The position numbers and the translations under genes are program-made. Of a stretch of 57,265 bases of DNA, positions 36,401-45,713 are shown in pieces; position 1 is the stretch's first letter; each line of letters starts with the position of its first letter. The notes under the pieces are model-generated. The model ran no database searches. It saw only the letters and a list, made by a program, of their open reading frames with translations, and was not told where the DNA came from. Source of the DNA: a virus (lineage: Duplodnaviria > Caudoviricetes); IMG/VR virus record IMGVR_UViG_3300015189_000005, positions 1 through 57,265 of that record. One strand, given 5' to 3'.

Positions 36401-36649
36401 TCGCCCTTGCCTGACCTGTTCACGCAGTCGGCAGAAGCGCTCGCCTGGGCGGTCAAGCGGCTCGATCAGATCGGGGATTCGGTCACGTGGGGTTCGGAAG
36501 CCGACAAGCGGTCAGAGGCCCTGCTGAGCGAGATCCTTTCGGCGATCCAATCCCGCACAACTCAGGTATCCATCGTGATCAGCGGCGCACAGAGTCCGAC
36601 TGCGACCGCGAGCGCTGTAGCCATGCGCCTCCAGGGCATCACGCTCTAA
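33461..36649 (+). CDS. Tail tape measure protein (TP901-type core)
   Basis: FDTAM, A.DLGAATQFS..QAADGM, MPGTLNLAAA, YVGPVA and GIRGEQAGT; 1062 aa, helical and Ala/Gly-rich. Confidence 0.95.
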   Translation: MGTFTGSLGTLWVEIGARISEFEAGMSQFSKTLDSSISDAESKFRGLDKFGGIATNIGVSLTAAITAPIIGIGAVAIKASGDFDTAMRTVSARGEITGKDLQGLKQQAIDLGAATQFSSKQAADGMAEFAGAGFNAKQIFAAMPGTLNLAAAAQTSVGEAAKTVKDLLGQFGLAATDSQRAVDVLAKSSNESSGTLGEMANSLRYVGPVAKAAGLDIEQTSAALIVLDKAGIRGEQAGTSFRAMLASLQGPSKDAKKYIDELGIAVTDGGGKMLPFSAIIEQFKVSLSKIPNEADKAKALVEIFGRESLAAANILTSQGSPALLEFEDKLRKAGGTAEAMKNIVQGGMGGALEKMKGSVETAAQSLGDVLAPSVIAVAGFIESGANKLSEFAQWFTTLPGPVQGTALAIVGFAAALGPALVIAGQLAFAITSLATVAPLVGSAFTALSGVVAGVTASMVLYTGGVAAAVIAIGYLVNAIYEQEKAYKNLEAVNKTQASSLKKLEDSLRSQGGAVDELKDKLKRGQITQAEYEKGLRDIGKAIGDAKKASGQIVTAQTKQTDTQDELTKKIKAAQDALKKNTAEQKGAIETTGELHRKDAILWETARQLEAQYKKNITELVNYKLAHESILSRTPQMIQAGEDLNKTVDEQARKLVIAGGQWSKWAAESTAAMTKAVVPLKDLEDAYKQLGIKSAESLDMQAERSKQAYEKIKASGTATARDLDQAWVAYEKARIDAAIANGEEIPRRQLDALKKMEDQLDQSSTKQKSAWDGFGKQISTGITNLSQDLVKTLFEDPKSFGEMAIKGLKNIGQAVALHFVEPAMKAISEFISGAITDLLSGRGLGGVLDRLSKIGDAILDIFGGASSAAGGAAGAVGAAGSAAGSAGGAAGSAGSAAASGLAGIVGAVGSVVTAVSSIIANFQLAKQETTLNAIEESTRYVKIWTGEQPQSLLWCAQKSTEYIGYIVATTDSIGRKLDDWLSPLPDLFTQSAEALAWAVKRLDQIGDSVTWGSEADKRSEALLSEILSAIQSRTTQVSIVISGAQSPTATASAVAMRLQGITL

Positions 36650-36668
36650 ATTTCCACACATCAAAATC

Positions 36669-39600
36669 ATGAGGCTAAACGTAGCCGTCAACGGAACCAA
36701 TTACACCGGTTCCGCTCTGGCGGAAGGGATCGGCATTAACAAGTCGATCACTGATCGTGCGTCCACCGCCGAGGTCACTTTCCAGCTGCACGGAACGCAG
36801 GCGGCGGCCCGCTACGACTCCGCGCATTACGACGCCGACCGGTACGGCGTTTCCGTCCGGGAGCTGGATGAAATCGTAATCACGAATGAAGCTGATGGTT
36901 CCCGGCAATTCGGCGGAATTATCACCCGGCTCGAATACGATCTGAAGAAATACGACCCGGCGGCTGGGTCCGGCTCCATCGTCGAAGTCAAAGCGATTTG
37001 CAACGACTGGACCTGGCTGCTCGACAGCACGGTTATCGCGTCTGAAACCTTCGATGGCAAGAACGAGCGCGAGATCCTGCAAACGTTGTTCGGGCGGTAC
37101 CTGCCGCAGATTTCAACGCTCACCGCGAACATCACGCCATACCTGACGCTCGATTACTTCGAGGTCAAGGACAAGAGCCTCCGCGACGTCTGCGACGAAC
37201 TCACGGAATTATCCGGCGTGGAATGGCGTGTCGATTACGACAAGGCCCTGCATTACTTCGCTCCGACCGCAAACCCTGCTGCCTTCGGTCTGTCTAATAA
37301 CCCAAACCATTCGACTACATTTCCGATCGATGCGTTCACTTCTTACTCTCGCGACTTTATCCGTGTCGTTAACCGCTGTACTGTTCTCGGGGCAATTCTT
37401 TCTGGCGGTACCGAGATCCGCGTAGTGTACGAGGATCCGCTCTCCGTGGCTCAGTACGGAGTTCGCGCCCACACCATCATCGACCGCAACATCCAGACGG
37501 CCTCCGATGCACTCGCGCGGGCGGCGGCGCAGGTCGCCGAGAATGCGTTTCCGAAGGAATCGCTGAAGATCGAAACGCTGAGCGATGGCCTTGATATCGG
37601 CCAGGCTCTCCCGGTCTACCACCGCGATTTCCGGATCTCCGGGACGTATGTGATCTACGGCATCCGGATGTCGCAGAAGACTGGCTCCATCACTCGCTAC
37701 GAGATGGAGGTGGGCGCCCGGGAACCGTCTGAGATCCGCCTGATGCGCAGGCTGGATGCACTGTCCCGCAGGTCCACCAGGCAGCCGGAAGCCGTTCCTG
37801 TCGACGGCACTGTCACCGACGACAAGATTACGGGGTCAGGCCTCACGTCGGGCTCAATCACCAGCGTGAATAGCTCCGCTCTCCTCGGACCCATTACCGC
37901 CGGGCAGATCGGGTCGGTAAGTGCCACTTCGATCATTGGAACGATCACGGCTGGCCAGATCGGGACGATCACTGCAGGGCAAATCACCGGGACCATCAGT
38001 GCTGGCCAAATCGGCAGCGTCAGCGCGACGTCGATCACCGGCCTTATTGCCGCATCTCAGATCGGGAGCGTGGCAGCCGCGACGATTACCGGCAGCATCA
38101 CCGCCGGGCAGATCGGATCCGTAACCGCAGCATCCATCACCGGGACCATTACCGCGAGTCAGATCAGTACCGTTGCGGCCACATCAATCACAGGCAGCAT
38201 TACGTCGGCTCAGATCGGCTCCGTCGCTGCCACCGCCATCACGGGTTCCATCACCTCTACCCAGATCGGAAGCGTTGACGCGACCAGTATCGTCGGCTCG
38301 ATTACGAGCAGCCAGATTTCCAGCGTGGCCGCTTCCACTATCACAGGCTCGATCACGGCTGGCCAGATCGCGACGATCACCGCGGGCCAGATCACCGGCA
38401 GCATTACAAGCGGCCAGATCTCATCAGTCGCGGCCAGTACGATCACCGGTTCAATCACCTCAGGCCAGATCGCAAGCGTTGCAGCAGCCAGCATCACCGG
38501 CTCGATTACCTCGTCCCAGATCTCCAGTGTCGCGGCCACTTCCATCACGGGCAGCATCACTGCAGGCCAAATCTCGTCTGTGGCCGCGAGCAGCATCACG
38601 GGGACATTGTCTTCAGGCCAGATCGGCTCTGTGGCGGCGACCTCGATCACCGGTTCGATCACGGCCGGGCAGATCGGATCGGTTGCGGCAACAACCATCA
38701 CGGGCGTGATCGTGTCCAGCCAGGTGGCGGACGACCTCATCAACTCCCTGGGCAAGCTGGCCAACGCACTGAGACCGATTCCAAATCTGGCTTCGTCGCC
38801 GACCCTGCCGGACGCGAATTACCCTGCAGGTTCCTTCTATCGCAACACCGGGAGCGGAACGTTCTACGAGAACGTCGCAGGTACCTGGACGGCCACCACT
38901 CAGGGAGCGGCCGTCACGGGGAAATTCGAGTACTTCAACCTCGGGACGATTGAGGCGAGCTCGATCATCGGTCTGATTGCAGCTGCGCAGATCGGATCCA
39001 TTGCAGCCGGACAGATCACCGGGACCATCACCAGTGGTCAGATCAGTTCCGTTGCCGCTTCGACCATAACCGGAACCATCACGGCGAGTCAGATCGCGTC
39101 CGTTGCGGCAACGTCCATTACTGGCTCGATTACGAGTGGCCAGATCGCCACTATCACCGCCGGACAGATCACCGGCTCGATCACGAGTTCTCAGATTGGC
39201 TCAGTGGCCGCCACGTCAATCACGGGCAGCATCACGAGCGGACAAATCAGTTCCGTTGCCGCCACGTCGATCACGGGAACGCTGAACTCTTCGCAAATCG
39301 CCTCCGTCACCGCCGCGAGCATCACCGGGACCATCACTTCGTCTCAGATCGGGAGTGTCGCGGCCACCACGGTGACCGGTACCCTGACCGCCTCGCAGAT
39401 TGCCAGCGTGAATGCGTCCAGCGTGACCGGCACGCTGTCGGCTTCCCAGATCAATACCGTAACCGCCGGGCAGATCACGGGAACGCTCACGGCGAGTCAG
39501 ATCGCTTCGGTGGCGGCATCCTCAATCACAGGCAGCATCACGAGCAGCCAGATCCTGTCCGTATCTGCAAGCGCCATCGTCGGCAGCCTGACCGCTGGCC

Positions 39601-41081
39601 AGATCGGAGCGGTGAACGCCAGCGTTATCCAGGGAACCATCACCGTTTCTCAGCTCGCGGGCGGCATCACCGCTGACAAGATCACCACGGTGTATGTGGG
39701 CAATATCGCAGCCGGCGGTACCGGAAACAACGGCTACCTGAACACTGATCTCCTGCCGTTCGGCAACTCGGACAACCTGCTGGTCAATCCGAGCTTCGAA
39801 GCCGGATCCGCCAACTGGCCGGATAACTCAAAAGGCGACCGGCAGCCGAATCTCTGGCAGTTCTTCAACACAACCACGAGCAGCAGGTCGGGCGCTTACT
39901 GCATCGCGCACTATTCCGGCGGTACTCCGGATGGATCTCCGGCTGGCCCGAACGATTACAATTTCGCCTTTCTCGGGAGCTCGCCGTGGGTGAAGCTCAC
40001 AGCCGGCGACCAGTACACCCTGGAGGGCTACATCTGGAATTCCTCCACGCCCTACCCGAACGGGACTCTGGAGATTTACCTCGACACGTTCCAGCCGGAC
40101 GCAACCTATATCGGTGCAATCTGCTACACCGCCCTGACCACTGAGGGACGCGGCTCCGGCTGGTACAAGTTCACCGCTTCCGGCACTTCAGCAGCGAACG
40201 CCTCATATGGCCGCGTGTCTGTCGTGATTCGCAATCACACCAGCGGCCAGGCGTGGCTGGTGGATGACCTCATGCTGGTCCGCCGGATCGCGGGGAACCA
40301 GATCCAGCCGCTGACCATCACGGCGGGAAATATCGCGGCTCTGACCATCACGGCGGGCCAGATGGCCAACGCGACCATCACGGCGACTCAGGTAGCAAAC
40401 GCCACGCTTACCGGCACCAACATTGCCAGCCAGACGCTGACGGCAACGAACATCGCGAACCTCACGATCACGAACGCGCAGATCGCAAACCAGACCATTA
40501 CCGCTACCCAGATCGCCAATGCAACGATCACTGGTACCCAGATTGCGAATGCCACCATCACCGCCGCGAAGATCGCAGCAGCCACCATCACGGCCACGGA
40601 AATTGCGGCTCTCACTATCACCGCGGGCAACATTGCAAACCTCACCATCACCGGTGGAAAGATCGCAAACGCCACCATCGACGACGCAAAGATTACGACG
40701 CTGAGCGCCAGCAAAATTACAGCCGGAACCATCTCAGCTTCGATCTCTCTGACATCTCCCACGCTCGTAATCACCAGCGGTACAACGACCATCAACATCG
40801 ACGGAACGAACAAGATCCTCGTAACCGATACGACGCAGACGTCGTTCGCTCAGGTGCTCGGCAGTCAGGTCCGAGTGGAGGCCACCAATAACAACCTCGT
40901 CTACGCGCAAATTGTGAAGTCAGGTTTTCAGAGTCAGAATGCCTCCGGCAATAGTTGCGAATTGCGGGGAGACGGACTGCGTTTCAATACGACGAAAGTT
41001 GTCGGGCCGCAGTATTCACCGCGTCCGGTGACGCTGGCGGACGTGATTACTCTGCTGGTCACACACGGTCTGAGCGTGTGA
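36669..41081 (+). CDS. Large tail-tip/fiber protein: hub-like N-terminus, Ser/Thr repeats and a CBM-like domain
   Basis: Follows the tape measure gene; WRVDYDKALHYF and D..SVAQYG in the N-terminus; NLLVNPSFE...GDQYTLEGY...W.KF...VDD resembles CBM4/9-like domains. Confidence 0.8.
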   Translation: MRLNVAVNGTNYTGSALAEGIGINKSITDRASTAEVTFQLHGTQAAARYDSAHYDADRYGVSVRELDEIVITNEADGSRQFGGIITRLEYDLKKYDPAAGSGSIVEVKAICNDWTWLLDSTVIASETFDGKNEREILQTLFGRYLPQISTLTANITPYLTLDYFEVKDKSLRDVCDELTELSGVEWRVDYDKALHYFAPTANPAAFGLSNNPNHSTTFPIDAFTSYSRDFIRVVNRCTVLGAILSGGTEIRVVYEDPLSVAQYGVRAHTIIDRNIQTASDALARAAAQVAENAFPKESLKIETLSDGLDIGQALPVYHRDFRISGTYVIYGIRMSQKTGSITRYEMEVGAREPSEIRLMRRLDALSRRSTRQPEAVPVDGTVTDDKITGSGLTSGSITSVNSSALLGPITAGQIGSVSATSIIGTITAGQIGTITAGQITGTISAGQIGSVSATSITGLIAASQIGSVAAATITGSITAGQIGSVTAASITGTITASQISTVAATSITGSITSAQIGSVAATAITGSITSTQIGSVDATSIVGSITSSQISSVAASTITGSITAGQIATITAGQITGSITSGQISSVAASTITGSITSGQIASVAAASITGSITSSQISSVAATSITGSITAGQISSVAASSITGTLSSGQIGSVAATSITGSITAGQIGSVAATTITGVIVSSQVADDLINSLGKLANALRPIPNLASSPTLPDANYPAGSFYRNTGSGTFYENVAGTWTATTQGAAVTGKFEYFNLGTIEASSIIGLIAAAQIGSIAAGQITGTITSGQISSVAASTITGTITASQIASVAATSITGSITSGQIATITAGQITGSITSSQIGSVAATSITGSITSGQISSVAATSITGTLNSSQIASVTAASITGTITSSQIGSVAATTVTGTLTASQIASVNASSVTGTLSASQINTVTAGQITGTLTASQIASVAASSITGSITSSQILSVSASAIVGSLTAGQIGAVNASVIQGTITVSQLAGGITADKITTVYVGNIAAGGTGNNGYLNTDLLPFGNSDNLLVNPSFEAGSANWPDNSKGDRQPNLWQFFNTTTSSRSGAYCIAHYSGGTPDGSPAGPNDYNFAFLGSSPWVKLTAGDQYTLEGYIWNSSTPYPNGTLEIYLDTFQPDATYIGAICYTALTTEGRGSGWYKFTASGTSAANASYGRVSVVIRNHTSGQAWLVDDLMLVRRIAGNQIQPLTITAGNIAALTITAGQMANATITATQVANATLTGTNIASQTLTATNIANLTITNAQIANQTITATQIANATITGTQIANATITAAKIAAATITATEIAALTITAGNIANLTITGGKIANATIDDAKITTLSASKITAGTISASISLTSPTLVITSGTTTINIDGTNKILVTDTTQTSFAQVLGSQVRVEATNNNLVYAQIVKSGFQSQNASGNSCELRGDGLRFNTTKVVGPQYSPRPVTLADVITLLVTHGLSV
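37881..38696 (+). repeat. 16 x 51-bp (17-aa) coding repeat, consensus ITGSITAGQIGSVAATS
   Basis: Counted from the translation; exact 51-nt period. Confidence 0.92.
38964..39626 (+). repeat. 13 x 51-bp (17-aa) coding repeat
   Basis: Same consensus as the first block. Confidence 0.92.
40317..40676 (+). repeat. 12 x 30-bp (10-aa) coding repeat, consensus ITAxQIANAT
   Basis: Counted from the translation. Confidence 0.92.
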
Positions 41082-41110
41082 CCTTCGACCAAAGTAAAAA
41101 GTAAAGAGCC

Positions 41111-41491
41111 ATGATCCAGAACACCATTCGAATTCTCGCGTTTCTCAGCTTTCTCCTGCTGCCGGTATTTGCGGAAATCGGCAGTCAGCACACCGTTGGC
41201 CAAATCACCCTCATGGTCGTCGAGTCGGACAGGGACGTCACGGTCTTCATCGCTTCCGCGTCGGCCACTGCCCGCGCCGTAGAGGTAACGGTGATCTCCG
41301 CTGGCCAGCTTGGCATGACTGGTCGGCTTCGCCTGACCAAGCTGGTGCGGGTTCCCGGGGTTGGCGGGCGGCCAGCGAAACTCACCTTTGACACCGCAGG
41401 AGAGCGCGTCCAGGAGATCCGCCTGAATGAGCTCACGGGACTTACTTCCCAGACCATCTTCTTCACCTCCACGAAAGGAAACTATGAATAA
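41111..41491 (+). CDS. Signal-peptide-bearing beta-rich protein
   Basis: MIQNTIRILAFLSFLLLPVFA-E. Confidence 0.7.
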   Translation: MIQNTIRILAFLSFLLLPVFAEIGSQHTVGQITLMVVESDRDVTVFIASASATARAVEVTVISAGQLGMTGRLRLTKLVRVPGVGGRPAKLTFDTAGERVQEIRLNELTGLTSQTIFFTSTKGNYE

Positions 41492-41783
41492 TCAATCTGC
41501 TGAATTCGTACTCGATCAGGTCAGCGCAACCCTGCTGAAGGAACTGGACGCCACCAGGCAGGAATACCTGCGGGCCGCCCAGGCCTGCGTAGGGCAGGCG
41601 CAGGCCATCATCACCCTGAAGCTCCGCGAGGCCAAACTGGAAGGCTCCTGGGACATCTCCCCGGATTGCACCAAGCTCATCCAGCATCCAACTGAAGATC
41701 CGGCGAAGGTACCGCGGCGCGTTGCGGAAATGTCGCACGGCGGGGCTCCTGATATCACGCGAAGAAACGTTCGCAAGAGGTAA
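41484..41783 (+). CDS. Hypothetical helical protein (possible fiber chaperone)
   Basis: AAGGA SD; overlaps the previous stop. Confidence 0.6.
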   Translation: MNNQSAEFVLDQVSATLLKELDATRQEYLRAAQACVGQAQAIITLKLREAKLEGSWDISPDCTKLIQHPTEDPAKVPRRVAEMSHGGAPDITRRNVRKR

Positions 41784-41789
41784 ATCACC

Positions 41790-42242
41790 ATGGCATTCCC
41801 CCCACTGGTCATCACCGGCGACATCATTTCCGCCTCACACATCAACGCCATCCGCAACGCCCTGATCACATGGCCGGGGGGTGTAGACGCGGCAAACTAC
41901 ACCCTCTCGAATGCCACATTGCAGTCCGCCCGTATTGGATCAACAGGGCTGGAGTTCCGCAATGACGCAGGCGCGACGGACCAGAAACGATGGGAGATCG
42001 TGCAGGATGCCCCGAGTGGGCTCTTGTTGGTTCGTGCTGTCAGTGATAGCGGGGCGCCTTCCGTTGCCTGGGTTATCGCGAGGACCGGCCCGAACGTCGT
42101 CGAGCAGGGCTTCTACGGCAATGTCACCTTCGCTGACCTGATCCGGACGCCGCGATTGTTCGCGACGGCCCTCCCCACCACTGCGCCCACCGCCGGAACC
42201 AAAGAAGTCTGGAACGACGGCGGAACCCTGAAGATCGCATAA
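41790..42242 (+). CDS. Putative minor tail protein
   Basis: GAGG SD; TGDIISASHINAIR N-terminus and LPT.AP.AG...VWNDGGTLKI C-terminus, both typical of fiber proteins. Confidence 0.6.
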   Translation: MAFPPLVITGDIISASHINAIRNALITWPGGVDAANYTLSNATLQSARIGSTGLEFRNDAGATDQKRWEIVQDAPSGLLLVRAVSDSGAPSVAWVIARTGPNVVEQGFYGNVTFADLIRTPRLFATALPTTAPTAGTKEVWNDGGTLKIA

Positions 42243-42252
42243 GGAAAATCAA

Positions 42253-42765
42253 ATGAAAATCAAGAATAATTTCTCGCGAGCGCTGATGCTGCTCGTGATT
42301 GCCTGCATTGGCGCGACCGCCCAGGATGTGTGGAAGTACTCCACCAGCGGAACGCTTTCCTCGGCATCCGCTTCGTTCACTGTGGCCCTCCCGGCCACCG
42401 GAAACAACCAGGTCGATCTGCTCGATTACGTGCTTCAATGCACCGCCAGCTGCACGGTGTCGACGTTCATCAACCAGACCGCTCCCACGGCCACGCTGGC
42501 TGCATGGCGGGCGGAGAATCCATCAACGACGCCGGACGGTGGCGCAACGCAGCCGAAGGCTCTGATCTACACCGCGAGCAATTCGACGGGCGGCACGAAG
42601 GCGGATGAACCGTTCGTACTTCCGGCGAATGCAATCATGCCCTGGGACCTGCAGGGAATCACGCTGATCGGGTCCGGAACTACGAAGAATTACACCGTGA
42701 AAATTGGACCTTTCACGGCGACGACGACTTACACGATTCAGATCCGAGTGAAGGTGCGCCGATGA
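42253..42765 (+). CDS. Signal-peptide-bearing Thr-rich beta protein
   Basis: MKIKNNFSRALMLLVIACIGATA-Q; TAAGGA SD. Confidence 0.75.
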   Translation: MKIKNNFSRALMLLVIACIGATAQDVWKYSTSGTLSSASASFTVALPATGNNQVDLLDYVLQCTASCTVSTFINQTAPTATLAAWRAENPSTTPDGGATQPKALIYTASNSTGGTKADEPFVLPANAIMPWDLQGITLIGSGTTKNYTVKIGPFTATTTYTIQIRVKVRR

Positions 42766-43295
42766 AAAACGTGATCATTCTGGTGGCGGGATGGCTTCTG
42801 TATGCGGCGGTAGCCAACGCCGCCGGACCGAAGTTCCCGGTCATACCTGCGGGCGATCCTGCTTCGTTAAACGGCCGGCCATTGACTGGCACCCCGACAG
42901 ACGGCCAGGGCTGGTGCTACCAGACGAGCTCCAGTGCGTACATCCCCTGCACCTCCAGCCGGGAAATCACCTTTGGGATCTGTGCAGGGGCCAATTGTGC
43001 CGTCAACGATACCGTCAGCATCCCTCGTCTCATATCTTCGGTGTCAGCGGGCACGCTTACCAAGTGCAAAGCGAAAACAGGTACTGGTCCAACAGGATCT
43101 GCACTTAGCGTGCAGGTCAAAAAGAACGGCACTACTACCGCTACAGTATCTGTTTCTGCCGGTCAAACCCTCGGGAACACCACCACTTTTAGTGCGTCCA
43201 CCATCGCGGAGGACGACATTTTAACTATCGTGATTTCCGCCATCGGTTCCCCTACTCCCGGAAAGGATGTATTTGTCGTATGCACCGTACAGTAA
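42762..43295 (+). CDS. Signal-peptide-bearing Cys-containing fiber-like protein
   Basis: MKNVIILVAGWLLYAAVANA-A; GTPTDGQ; AGTLT...TGPTGS.L.V.VKKNGT...DDILT. Confidence 0.75.
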   Translation: MKNVIILVAGWLLYAAVANAAGPKFPVIPAGDPASLNGRPLTGTPTDGQGWCYQTSSSAYIPCTSSREITFGICAGANCAVNDTVSIPRLISSVSAGTLTKCKAKTGTGPTGSALSVQVKKNGTTTATVSVSAGQTLGNTTTFSASTIAEDDILTIVISAIGSPTPGKDVFVVCTVQ

Positions 43296-45697
43296 TCTTG
43301 TGCTTTTTCGCCCTGCTACTGCTGTCTTCGTCTGCTTTCGGAGCCAATTGCGGTGGCGCGACAGTGTGTGCGTGTAACGACCTCGTGACGAGCAATTACA
43401 CGCTGACGGCCAACCTCACATGCCCGTACAGTGCTCTTGGGTCTACACCCGCCCTTCGCGTGAACACTGCGAGCGTGATTCTTGACGGCGGCGGGTATAC
43501 GCTTGACGGTGGCAACACGGCTGTAACTCCATGGTCAGGCACGGCGGCAACAATCCGGCAGAGCAGGGTTTGCGTATCGGTTGGTGGGGCTAATGTTACG
43601 GTGAGAAATTTCGGCAATATCAAGGGGTGCAAGGATGGTGTGTTGTCCACCGCAACAAACACCACGATCTCGAATAACACCATAACCAACATGGGGCTGG
43701 ACGGGATCATTCTGAACTCTACGGGGGCTACGGGGGCCACGATCAGCGGTAATACAATTGCTGGTGCGTTTGGTTACGGCATCTACTCCAAGGCCGCGTC
43801 TGCGTCAATCACGTCCAACACCGTCACAGGACAGCGCAGCGATATCAGCCAGCAGGCTGGGGCATGTTTTGCCTTTGAAGGCGCAGGTAGCCAGACTGTC
43901 ACCGGTAATACCTGTACTGCCTCACTAACCCATGCCTTCATTTTCCGAGGAACCGTTGGCGGTACTTTCAGCAGCAATGTAGTGACGACGCCAAAATCGG
44001 GCGTCTTCTGGCTTCCGAGTGGGGTGTCAACGTCGGGCATCACCTGGAACACCAATAACACGCTCGACACGTACCCGATTTACCTTGTCGAGTCGGCGTC
44101 CAGCACCACGTATGACCTCGCGAGCCTCGGGACGCTGGGAGCTTTCGTCTGCCGTTCCTGCACTTCGGTAACTATCAAAGACGGCACCGTCATCGATACG
44201 GTCGCCATCACAGGAAACGGGAATACTGTACAGAACATCACCCTGACGGGCAGCAACACGGACATTTGGGGGCGCGTCCTCTTCTCAACTACTGAGTTCA
44301 TGGGGAACGCAATCGTACTGTCCGGTAACAACAACACCGTCACAGGCTGCACGCTCGATCGCGTTCAGTCTGGTGAAAACTCTGCGGCTATCACCATGCT
44401 CGGAACTGGCAACGTGGTCACCGGCAACACGATCACACGCTCTCAGTTGGGGGTGTCGCTTTTGGCTGCTGGCACTATTACGGGCAACACCTTTGCCTTT
44501 AACCGTTCCAATTTGTTTGCCGCAGCCGGTAGTACGGTCACGGGCAACACATCGGACTATGAACTTGATCTGATCGCAACACGCGCCATTACCGACCCCA
44601 TGGCGAAGATGGTCACCTGGGTTGAATCTCGGCCCTCAAGTGTCTCCATCGGCGGAACGGCATCGTTTAGCTTTTCGCTTGCTGACGGCGCAGGTGTTTC
44701 ATGCTCGTCCTGTACCTATACAGTGTCCACCTACCCGAGTGAGACTGTCACGTCGTCCAAGGTGGGCAACGTCGTATCCGGTTCGTTCACACCGTCGCGT
44801 GGGGGAACCTACACGCTCTACGTCACCGCCAGCGATGGGTCGAACACATGGAGGCGCAACTTCATCTGGGCTGTCGGGGCCACATCTACCCAGACCACGA
44901 GGTACTACATCCGAATGCTGCGCAACGTCAACGGGGGTAATGGCGGCGGGTTGGATGCCAGTGTCATGTCCACCACCGCACCCTCTGTTGATGAGCTTTT
45001 GTACTGTAGTGCTGATACCATCTCGAATCCACTGGAAATCCCGAACTACCCTCTTTCGGTGGTGACCGGAGCAAGCTCATCGCTTGCGGTGTCGGTGGGG
45101 GCAGAGGACTCTCTGGCTGCTGTTGACGGCTTCTATACACGCTTCCCGTACTATGATCGACTGCCACCGGAGGCTGATACTCCCAACGTGCTTGCCGTCG
45201 CACCGGTAACGAAATACACCTTCGTGACCGGCACTATGTCCCTGTCGTCTGTCGCGTGGCCGATGGATATCGCAGCGATATGGCGGCTCCCGACGACCTA
45301 CATTTCCGGTGCTGGCTTTCTCCCAATTTTGTCCAGCCCCTCGGCTACGCCATCGTACACCGACTGGACCGCCACCTACGCCTCCACCTATCCGGTATAC
45401 TCCCTGAGCGAAGATCAGGTGGCCACGATCTCCTCAACTCAGGAGGGCATCGTGCTTCACAACCCCACCAGCGCGAGTCGTACTCAAACCGCTGTAGTGG
45501 GGGGCTTCACGTCAGGTCAGACTTACGGTGCCTACGTAGGCGGGTTGCCAGTTCTCACAGCCACGGCTGACGGCTCAGGCCGTGTATCCGCTGCATTGCC
45601 TGTTCCGGCCAGTACAATCCGAACAGCACAGATCCTCCGACCTGTGAGTGGGTTGGCAGGTTATGCAGGTGTGTCACAGGGGAACTTCGCGCAGTAA
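43280..45697 (+). CDS. Signal-peptide-bearing right-handed beta-helix protein (pectin-lyase/NosD-like; depolymerase or adhesin candidate)
   Basis: MHRTVILCFFALLLLSSSAFG-A; repeated T(I/V)(S/T)(G/N)NT(I/V) Asn ladders; many Cys. Confidence 0.78.
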   Translation: MHRTVILCFFALLLLSSSAFGANCGGATVCACNDLVTSNYTLTANLTCPYSALGSTPALRVNTASVILDGGGYTLDGGNTAVTPWSGTAATIRQSRVCVSVGGANVTVRNFGNIKGCKDGVLSTATNTTISNNTITNMGLDGIILNSTGATGATISGNTIAGAFGYGIYSKAASASITSNTVTGQRSDISQQAGACFAFEGAGSQTVTGNTCTASLTHAFIFRGTVGGTFSSNVVTTPKSGVFWLPSGVSTSGITWNTNNTLDTYPIYLVESASSTTYDLASLGTLGAFVCRSCTSVTIKDGTVIDTVAITGNGNTVQNITLTGSNTDIWGRVLFSTTEFMGNAIVLSGNNNTVTGCTLDRVQSGENSAAITMLGTGNVVTGNTITRSQLGVSLLAAGTITGNTFAFNRSNLFAAAGSTVTGNTSDYELDLIATRAITDPMAKMVTWVESRPSSVSIGGTASFSFSLADGAGVSCSSCTYTVSTYPSETVTSSKVGNVVSGSFTPSRGGTYTLYVTASDGSNTWRRNFIWAVGATSTQTTRYYIRMLRNVNGGNGGGLDASVMSTTAPSVDELLYCSADTISNPLEIPNYPLSVVTGASSSLAVSVGAEDSLAAVDGFYTRFPYYDRLPPEADTPNVLAVAPVTKYTFVTGTMSLSSVAWPMDIAAIWRLPTTYISGAGFLPILSSPSATPSYTDWTATYASTYPVYSLSEDQVATISSTQEGIVLHNPTSASRTQTAVVGGFTSGQTYGAYVGGLPVLTATADGSGRVSAALPVPASTIRTAQILRPVSGLAGYAGVSQGNFAQ

Positions 45698-45713
45698 TCA
45701 ATAAAAGAAAGAA

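Noticed and set aside
37881-40676. Periodic DNA as a CRISPR array or ice-nucleation gene
   Set aside because: The repeats are coding, with synonymous variation and no spacers. The period is 17 aa and the AGYGST motif of 16-aa ice-nucleation repeats is missing.
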